From positions 14,560-78,559 of the forward strand of contig DYIT01000004.1 of NCBI GenBank assembly GCA_020723505.1: a DNA stretch of 64,000 nucleotides. Reading direction: 5' to 3'. Position 1 is the stretch's first letter. Every line of letters begins with the position of its first letter. Positions 58,042 through 64,000 of the stretch are shown here, one piece after another. Position numbers and translations under genes: made by a program. The notes below the pieces were generated by a model that was not told the origin of the DNA, searched no databases, and saw only the letters and a program-made list of their open reading frames with translations. This DNA comes from Candidatus Kuenenia stuttgartensis. Its GTDB lineage: Bacteria > Planctomycetota > JAKEIC01 > DYIT01.

Positions 58042-59982
58042 TCATTGCACCGAGAAAGTCCTCTCCTGCGAGTTCGACATCCGCATGGTCTTGCTCATGA
58101 ACGCGATGTTCGAGAGACCATCCTGCGGGAACTGGTCGATTGTGAAATCGTCGATATTGAATCCCGAAAGAGTCATGGCTGCGATTGTCCACTCGTAGGT
58201 CTCGCCGCTCAGGAGTTCGAGGGCCGACACAGCAGAGGGAAGCGCCGGGAGAGCGAATGACGTCGCCTGGTGCTGAAGCCTCACTATCCAGACTTTCTCT
58301 CCCGTCGAGGAATCGGTGATGTCGAACTGTATGAGCCCCTCGGAAGTGACGTTCGTGGCCGCCCATGAGAAGGCGACCTGCGGTAGCGGCTGCGTGGACG
58401 CGTCAAGCGGCGAGGAGGGGACCGGAACGTCGAGCAGCGGTATCTGCATCGGGGTCGCGAGGTCCGCGGCAGGGTCGGTTATGCCGCCCTTGATGTAAAT
58501 CGTTTCCGCGTCCGTGACGGAATCAGTGTCAGTCGCCATGAGAACGTATGTGTGCCCCTGTCTCCGGCCGTAACCGAAAGTCGTGAAAGCGATGTTGGAT
58601 GCCCCGGCGGTACCGGACAGCATGTACGTCGGGACCGCGACGGTCCTGTCCGGGTACGCGGTTAATATCGCCGCGCTGGGGTCGTGCGAGGAGATCCCCG
58701 ACGGCAGGTTGGCCGAGGTCAGGGCGAGCTGGGAGGCGGGGAAGCCGTTGAAGTCGAAATTCCTTACCGAATCGGCGGAGTACGGCCCGTAGGTGGTTTC
58801 GATGAACCAGTCGAGGACGATGGCGGGATAGGTGCCGGTGAAGGCGCCGACCGCGGCCTGGGCGGTGAGGTTCTTCGGGACGCGGAGCGTATAGCCCGAG
58901 GCCGGGAAGTTGGGGACGAGTGTCTGGCACCTGCCGTATTTCAGGACTACGGCTGCTCCGGTCGAACCGCCGTAGTTCAGGAACGATCCGGAAATCTGGG
59001 CCATGTCGAGTTGCAGGTCGGCCTGGACGGGTGAGGCGTTGTCCGGCGAGCCCGAGGAGGCGGCGAACTCCTGGGCTTCCTGGGGGAAGCCCATGCCGAG
59101 TATGGAGGTATATGACTGGACAACGAGGCTCATCGAAGCCGAAGGCGGGACCTGGAGCAGGTAGGTCCTGGTAGTGCCTGATCCGGTGACGCTGTAGGCG
59201 TCATAGGAATCGTCGCCAATCCAGGCCCTGACGTCCACGCCGAAGATGAGTCCGGAGGAGAGGCCGGTGATTGTCCCGGCCATGTTGCAAAGGCCGGTAG
59301 TGGCGTCGAAGGTGACGTTCACGCCGGTCTGATCGGAAGTGAACGGCCCGATGGGGAGGAGCTTCCGGTTCACGATTTTGCCGTTCCCGTCGGTCTCGGT
59401 GAACACCAGGCTGTCCGTCGCTCCCGCGTCGAAGAGGACCTCGTATGCCGGGGGGAATCCGGTCGGCGACTGGACGACCGATCCGTATTTCGGCTCCGAT
59501 CCGCCCATTAGGTCCTTGTTCTGCGCCAGGAAATCGACCGAACACGTCGTCCCGGAAGGGGCGCTGGCGTTGATGATTCCCTGGACGCTGAGCCTTCTGC
59601 GCCGTTCCATGGGCATGGCTATGTACCTTGAACTGATTCCAATCAGCGACAGATTCGCGTATCCGGACGCGGCGATCGTTATGTCGAGCATGCCGGTGGT
59701 CAGCCCGGAAAACGAAGCCCGGCCCGAGGAGTCGGTCTGGCCCTGCACCACGGCGCCATGGTCCACGAGCACCCAGGCGGAAACGATGGGCTGTTTCGTG
59801 ATATCGTCGAAAACGGCGACCGTTATTTCGCCGGTTTGGGGGCCTCCTCCGATGCCTCCGTCGTGGTTTATGAGGTTGGTCAACGGGTCGACGGGAGGGT
59901 TGTCGTCATTGTCCTTTTTCGAACAGGAGGAAATCAGCACGGCAAACGACAGCATCACCGAAATAACGACGGCTTTCTTCAT
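58042..59982 (-). CDS. Lipoprotein (646 aa) with an N-terminal CarboxypepD_reg-like module; otherwise unrecognised
   Basis: Lipobox MKKAVVISVMLSFAVLISSC. GEITVAVFDDITKQPIVSAWVLVDHG...TDSSGRASFSGL...LDITIAASGY beta-sandwich pattern. Confidence 0.75.
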   Translation of the reverse strand: MKKAVVISVMLSFAVLISSCSKKDNDDNPPVDPLTNLINHDGGIGGGPQTGEITVAVFDDITKQPIVSAWVLVDHGAVVQGQTDSSGRASFSGLTTGMLDITIAASGYANLSLIGISSRYIAMPMERRRRLSVQGIINASAPSGTTCSVDFLAQNKDLMGGSEPKYGSVVQSPTGFPPAYEVLFDAGATDSLVFTETDGNGKIVNRKLLPIGPFTSDQTGVNVTFDATTGLCNMAGTITGLSSGLIFGVDVRAWIGDDSYDAYSVTGSGTTRTYLLQVPPSASMSLVVQSYTSILGMGFPQEAQEFAASSGSPDNASPVQADLQLDMAQISGSFLNYGGSTGAAVVLKYGRCQTLVPNFPASGYTLRVPKNLTAQAAVGAFTGTYPAIVLDWFIETTYGPYSADSVRNFDFNGFPASQLALTSANLPSGISSHDPSAAILTAYPDRTVAVPTYMLSGTAGASNIAFTTFGYGRRQGHTYVLMATDTDSVTDAETIYIKGGITDPAADLATPMQIPLLDVPVPSSPLDASTQPLPQVAFSWAATNVTSEGLIQFDITDSSTGEKVWIVRLQHQATSFALPALPSAVSALELLSGETYEWTIAAMTLSGFNIDDFTIDQFPQDGLSNIAFMSKTMRMSNSQERTFSVQ

Positions 59983-60052
59983 GCGGGTGCCCTCGAATCG
60001 CGAAAATGAGCCCGGTTGCAGGCCTCAACTGCCCATCCCGGGTCGAAAGGAT

Positions 60053-60060
60053 ATTATACA
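60053..60060 (-). promoter_or_regulatory. Extended -10 element TGTATAAT (minus strand) upstream of the lipoprotein gene
   Basis: The plus strand reads attataca at 60053-60060. About 70 nt upstream of ATG 59982. Confidence 0.4.
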
Positions 60061-60171
60061 AGACCGGGCCGACAATATCCCGGATTCTGCTTCACGTCGC
60101 CGCCGCCGCCCGGCCGCTTTGCATTGCACGGCCGCCAACGCGCCGGCGCACGGTCCTGCGCCCTGTACTCG

Positions 60172-60200
60172 CTGGACAGCCGGTCTTGTCCGCATATAAT
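60172..60200 (+). promoter_or_regulatory. Near-consensus sigma70-type promoter (TGGACA-17 nt-TATAAT) upstream of the DUF4388 gene
   Basis: TGGACA (60172-60177), a 17-nt spacer, then TATAAT (60195-60200). 128 nt upstream of ATG 60329. Confidence 0.5.
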
Positions 60201-60328
60201 AATGTGTCGCGGCAGGCCCCCGGAAGGGAGGCCCGGCCCGTCGGACGGGATTCGGCGCGGAGGGCGCGATCCAGGAAGCGGTCGCGGATTCCCCGCACTC
60301 CCCCGGGAAGACCCGTGTTGGTGAGCAG

Positions 60329-63300
60329 ATGGCGGCAGGCCCGGTTCCTTCGGACAAATCGGTGTCGGGATCGTTCAATCCCAAGGCCTTCAAGAAGGTC
60401 CTCGGGATGCTCGAACGCAGCGGTTTCGTCGGCTGCCTCCAGGTGACGAAGGGCGACGCGACCAAATACGTCTACTTCACCGTGGGAGGAGTGCGCCTCC
60501 ACGTCGTCGGGGCCAAGCAGAAGGTCCCCATAGGCAAGCTGCTCGTGAGGTACGGGAAGGTGAAGCCCTCGCAGCTCGACGACGCGATCGCGATACAGAA
60601 CCGCACGGGCAGGCGCATGGGCGAGGTGCTGACGAAGTTCATGAAGGTGGTCACTGCCGAGACCATGCAGGATATGGTCCGCATCCAGGTTGAGAGCGAG
60701 ATTTACGACCTGGTGGCCTGGGACGGCGGGGCGTACCAGTTCCACGAGAAGATGCAGAACACCCTCTTCGACGAGAAGCTCAAGGCGACCACAATCTCGG
60801 TGGACATCGAGGAGCTGGCCGGCCGAATCCTGTCCAAGGTCGACAAGTGGGCAGAGATTCAGGAGAAGGTTCCGGACATGCGGGGGGCGTACAAGCTGAC
60901 CAAGGCGGGGAAGGACGAGCTCGCGAAGGGCAATTTCGGCGGATTCTACGCCGAGTTCGCCAACCTCCTCGACGGACAGAGGGCCCTCTCGGACGTGGCG
61001 GAACTCGGAAACTTCGGACTCTACGAGACCTGCGAAATCGCGGCGGAGCTCATCGGAAAGCAATGGATTGTCCGGGTGGGGGGGGGCGGGGGCAAGGACG
61101 AGTTCGACGAGGTCCAGGACGTCTTCCAGGAAATCGCAGTGCTCGAGAAGGCGCTCGAGTCCGCGCCGGACGACGAGCTTCTGAGGTTCAAGCTCGCGCA
61201 CGCCTATCAGGAATCCGGCCAGAAGGAGAAGGCCGCGGTAAACTACACGATTATCGGCGAGCAGAAGATAGACAACTACCGAATAGACGAGGCCGTCGAG
61301 CTCTACGAAAAGGCCGTGCTCCTGAACCCGAACGATTTCGACTCCCAGGAGAGGCTGTTCGAGCTGTACAGGAGCCTCCGAAGGGAGAGGGCGGCGGCCC
61401 ACGGGATAAAACTCGCGGAAATCTACAAGTCCAACAGGCTTCCCAACCGCACCAAGAACATCCTCCTGCAGACCGTGGACCTCGATCCGAAGAACCACCG
61501 CGCGAGGCGGCTCCTGGCCGAGGTCTACACGATGCTGGAGGAGACCAAGCCTGCGGTGGCCCAGTACGAGCAGCTCGCCCAGCTCCTCAGGGAGGAGAAG
61601 AAGGACGAGGCGAGGCTCAGGGAAATCTACGAGAAAATCCTGATTCTGGACGAGGAGCACAAGGTCGCCCGCAAGGAGCTGAAGAGGCTCTATTACCGGA
61701 CGGGCCAGGAACTGGGAAGGTTCCTGATGGCCGCCGCCGTGGCTGTCGCACTAATCGCGGGTGCTGGTTCGCTGGTCTACGAGCTCTTGGGGAGGCTCGA
61801 ATACAAAACCCTTGCCGCCGAAGTGAAAAGCCTTGCCGCCGAGAAGGAATATTCCAAGGCCCGGGACAGGGCGGAGGAATTCAGGGGCAAGTTCTTCCTC
61901 ACTTCCACGGCCCCCCGGGTGGACGCGGTCGTCGAGGCGCTGGATTCGCTCATCGCCGCGGAGAGGAACGCGGAGACATGGCGCAGGCTGGCCGCGTTCG
62001 AGGACGCCATCGCCGCAGGAGACGTGCGCGAGCTGCGCGACGCCCAGGAGGAAATCGAGAAAATCCTCGTGTCGCCCGACGTGTCCCCGGCGCTCCGGAC
62101 CCTGGCACAGTCCATTGGCCGGAGGGTGGGGAGTTTCCTGCAGACTGCCGGGCGCGTCCAGGAGCTGGCCGAGAACGGTTCGAACGAGCAGGCGCATGCC
62201 GCCCTCGTGTCCATACTCAGGGAGAGCAGGGGACTGATTCCGGAGCGCGAGGTCGCCATCGAGTTCCCGCTCAGCGTGGAGCCCGAGGGCGCCTCGGTGT
62301 TCGTCAACGGCGCGGCCTGGGACAAGGACTACGTGAAGCTCGGACTGGCAGCGAAGACCAAGATGAGGTTCGAGCTCCCTGGCTACGAGACGCTGACAAT
62401 CGAGACAGACGCCGCGGTCGCACCCTGGCCCCTCAAGGTCCAGATGTGCAAGCAGATGTTCTGGAAGACCTACGTCGGCGGCCCGGTCGCGTCGCGGCCC
62501 GCGCAAATCGGCGAGGACCTAATCGTCTCCACAGACAACAACAGGATCGCCTCCGTCGTCCGGGAATCTGGCCACGTCAGGACATCATGGCCTTTCCAGG
62601 GCGCCTGCGGACTGGCCGCGCCGCCGCTCGTCGACTTGAGGACCGTCATGTGCCCTCTCGCGGACGGCGACGTCGCGGTCCTCGACGCGCAGACCCTCGT
62701 CCCATCGGCAAGGATTGCCACCGGCGGTCCGCTCGTCGCGACCCCGGCGAGGACAGAAACACCCGCCAGGGGCCTGGTGGCGATGCGCCGCGACGGGAAA
62801 ATCATGTTCATGGCCTCGGACGCGGCCGCCTTCGAGGAAATCGCCTCGCTCGGCGAGAACATCGAGACCTGCGCGGCCCTGAGCGGCGACGTCCTGGTCG
62901 CGGCTTCCGCGTCGGGAAGGCTGTACGCCTACGACCTCAAGGTCGGCAGGGTAAGCTGGACGGCGAACCTCGAATCCGCCCCGGCGGCGGCGCCAGTGGT
63001 CTCGAAGGGGGTAATCCACGCCTCCACCAGGGCCGGGGACCTCTGGGCCATAAGCCTCATAACAGGCAAGCCCCTCCTCGGCTGGCCCTTCCGCAGCGGG
63101 TCCGTGTTCGCGCGCGGGCCCGAGGTCTCGGAAAGCCTCGTGTTCATCGGCTCCCCGGACAAGCACGTGTACGCGGTGAACGTCGCGACCGGAAGGCTGG
63201 AGTGGAAAATCTACGTGAATTCGCCCGTCACTTCCGAATGCGCCGTTTCCGGGACGTCCCTGTACTTCGGGACCGAGGACGGGAGGCTCTGCTCCATAGA

Positions 63301-63427
63301 CATCGTGAACCGGAGAATCAGATGGTGCTTCCAGACGGGCGGGCCGGTGGCGACTAAACCCCTGCCGGCTGGGAAGAGCGTCATTTTCGGGTCCGCCGAC
63401 GGCCGCCTCTATTCGGTTTGGGAGTGA
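60329..63427 (+). CDS. Multidomain protein: DUF4388 (PATAN-like) N-terminus, TPR repeats, TM helix, PEGA-like module, C-terminal PQQ/BamB-like beta-propeller
   Basis: GFVGCLQVTKGDATKYVYFTVGGVRL...IGKLLVRYGKV...QLDDAIAIQ fits DUF4388. TPR units (LAHAYQESGQKEKA..., AVELYEKAVLLNPND). TM FLMAAAVAVALIAGAGSLVY. PEGA-like LSVEPEGASVFVNGAAW. Repeated G.LYA.D...G...W propeller blades. Confidence 0.8.
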   Translation: MAAGPVPSDKSVSGSFNPKAFKKVLGMLERSGFVGCLQVTKGDATKYVYFTVGGVRLHVVGAKQKVPIGKLLVRYGKVKPSQLDDAIAIQNRTGRRMGEVLTKFMKVVTAETMQDMVRIQVESEIYDLVAWDGGAYQFHEKMQNTLFDEKLKATTISVDIEELAGRILSKVDKWAEIQEKVPDMRGAYKLTKAGKDELAKGNFGGFYAEFANLLDGQRALSDVAELGNFGLYETCEIAAELIGKQWIVRVGGGGGKDEFDEVQDVFQEIAVLEKALESAPDDELLRFKLAHAYQESGQKEKAAVNYTIIGEQKIDNYRIDEAVELYEKAVLLNPNDFDSQERLFELYRSLRRERAAAHGIKLAEIYKSNRLPNRTKNILLQTVDLDPKNHRARRLLAEVYTMLEETKPAVAQYEQLAQLLREEKKDEARLREIYEKILILDEEHKVARKELKRLYYRTGQELGRFLMAAAVAVALIAGAGSLVYELLGRLEYKTLAAEVKSLAAEKEYSKARDRAEEFRGKFFLTSTAPRVDAVVEALDSLIAAERNAETWRRLAAFEDAIAAGDVRELRDAQEEIEKILVSPDVSPALRTLAQSIGRRVGSFLQTAGRVQELAENGSNEQAHAALVSILRESRGLIPEREVAIEFPLSVEPEGASVFVNGAAWDKDYVKLGLAAKTKMRFELPGYETLTIETDAAVAPWPLKVQMCKQMFWKTYVGGPVASRPAQIGEDLIVSTDNNRIASVVRESGHVRTSWPFQGACGLAAPPLVDLRTVMCPLADGDVAVLDAQTLVPSARIATGGPLVATPARTETPARGLVAMRRDGKIMFMASDAAAFEEIASLGENIETCAALSGDVLVAASASGRLYAYDLKVGRVSWTANLESAPAAAPVVSKGVIHASTRAGDLWAISLITGKPLLGWPFRSGSVFARGPEVSESLVFIGSPDKHVYAVNVATGRLEWKIYVNSPVTSECAVSGTSLYFGTEDGRLCSIDIVNRRIRWCFQTGGPVATKPLPAGKSVIFGSADGRLYSVWE

Positions 63428-63431
63428 TTCC

Positions 63432-64000
63432 ATGCCCTACGACCAGAGAGGATCGCAGATGCTGGCCTGCGCCGCGTGCGGCGCCGAGGTCCCCATCTCG
63501 AAGGACCCGAAGTTCTGCCCCGTATGCGGCGCGCCTTTCGTCGCCGCGCCCGCAAAGCCCGCCCAGGCCGAGAAACCCGCCTCCACGGCCGAGGACGTGC
63601 TCAAGTCCGTGGATGACCTGCTCCTGGGGCTTTCATCCCCGGGTTCGCTTGACCCCTCCGCCCGGCCGCCGGCCCCGCCGAAAGCCGCGCCCTCCTCCTC
63701 CTCCGCGTCCGATGCCCCGCTGCTAGCGCCTCCGGACTCCGTCGCAGCCCAGTTCCCGTCCGCGAAGTCCAGGCCGGCCGGCGCGACCGGACTCAAGAAG
63801 TCCCTCGAATCGTACATCGAGGAGGCCGAAAAGGAGGAGGCCGAACACAGGATTAAGCGCCTGACCGTCGTTGAGAGGAAGACGAAGCAGTACGATACTT
63901 TCCATTCCAAGGAAAGGCTCGTCTGCCAGAATTGCAAGCAGATCTACTCCGGACAGAACATCCACGTGCAGAAATGCATGACCTGCGGGTCGTCCTACCT
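63432..64000 (+). CDS. Zinc-ribbon protein, 3'-partial (runs off the window)
   Basis: Not in the ORF track because it is unterminated. My own translation from ATG 63432: MPYDQRGSQMLACAACGAEVPISKDPKFCPVCGAPF..., a Pro/Ala/Ser-rich linker, then ...LVCQNCKQIYSGQNIHVQKCMTCGSSY. No stop through 64000. It starts 4 nt after the upstream stop. Confidence 0.6.
   Translation, partial: MPYDQRGSQMLACAACGAEVPISKDPKFCPVCGAPFVAAPAKPAQAEKPASTAEDVLKSVDDLLLGLSSPGSLDPSARPPAPPKAAPSSSSASDAPLLAPPDSVAAQFPSAKSRPAGATGLKKSLESYIEEAEKEEAEHRIKRLTVVERKTKQYDTFHSKERLVCQNCKQIYSGQNIHVQKCMTCGSSY

Noticed and set aside
48827-63357. Numerous long alternative-frame or antisense ORFs across the kinase/PQQ region, for example 48827..50494(-), 51268..52803(-), 53070..54347(+), 53100..54332(-), 55055..56338(-), 60092..61660(-) and 60847..63357(+)
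   Set aside because: Each overlaps a gene with strong domain evidence. Their translations are dominated by R/G/P/A runs typical of off-frame translation of GC-rich coding DNA.

Overview
High-GC bacterial chromosomal segment; core genes are roughly 60-70% GC by my hand counts of sample lines. Phylum is not determinable from sequence alone. The domain repertoire (giant Ser/Thr kinases with DUF1080-like ends, DUF4388, PQQ propellers, membrane spermidine-synthase fusions) has a PVC/candidate-phylum flavour, which is inference only. From left to right the window holds six parts. (1) An AT-rich partial gene, then a graveyard of mobile-element remnants: a RAYT fragment, a serine-recombinase fragment, a GIY-YIG fragment, REP-like hairpins and 22-bp direct repeats. 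These surround an apparently intact AbiEi/AbiEii-like toxin-antitoxin pair. (2) A plus-strand block: zinc-ribbon protein, HEAT lipoprotein, two paralogous secreted LTxxQ-like proteins, a radical SAM enzyme with a canonical Tat signal, a membrane spermidine-synthase-like fusion, and corA. (3) A long minus-strand run from 14 to 39 kb. It starts with a rimK-like ATP-grasp gene. Next comes an ~12 kb two-tier low-GC island with a tightly coupled operon: two polytopic paralogues, two CarboxypepD_reg-repeat anchored proteins, and a secreted protein with ~27 'C-S-V' units fused to Ig-like repeats. The most AT-rich part of the island lies between ~150-bp direct repeats, with a chimeric gene remnant at one end. 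The run continues with dnaJ, trkA/trkH, glgC, pgi, an NrtR-like Nudix protein, xdhC, a yqeC-mocA fusion, cdd and a PNP gene. (4) add, an MBL hydrolase, two AIM24-family paralogues, a zinc-ribbon/DUF4190 protein, an M16 peptidase pair and dinB. (5) A signalling/envelope cluster: Gly-run small membrane protein, TPR protein, two tandem ~1230-aa Ser/Thr kinases, a lipoprotein, a DUF4388-TPR-PEGA-PQQ protein and a partial zinc-ribbon protein. (6) No rRNA, tRNA or CRISPR array was seen. The strongest candidate for something undescribed is the low-GC island operon and its Cys-repeat surface protein. All family calls are by-eye motif recognition, with no database search run. Many long ORFs in the track are antisense or shadow ORFs typical of high-GC DNA and were discarded.
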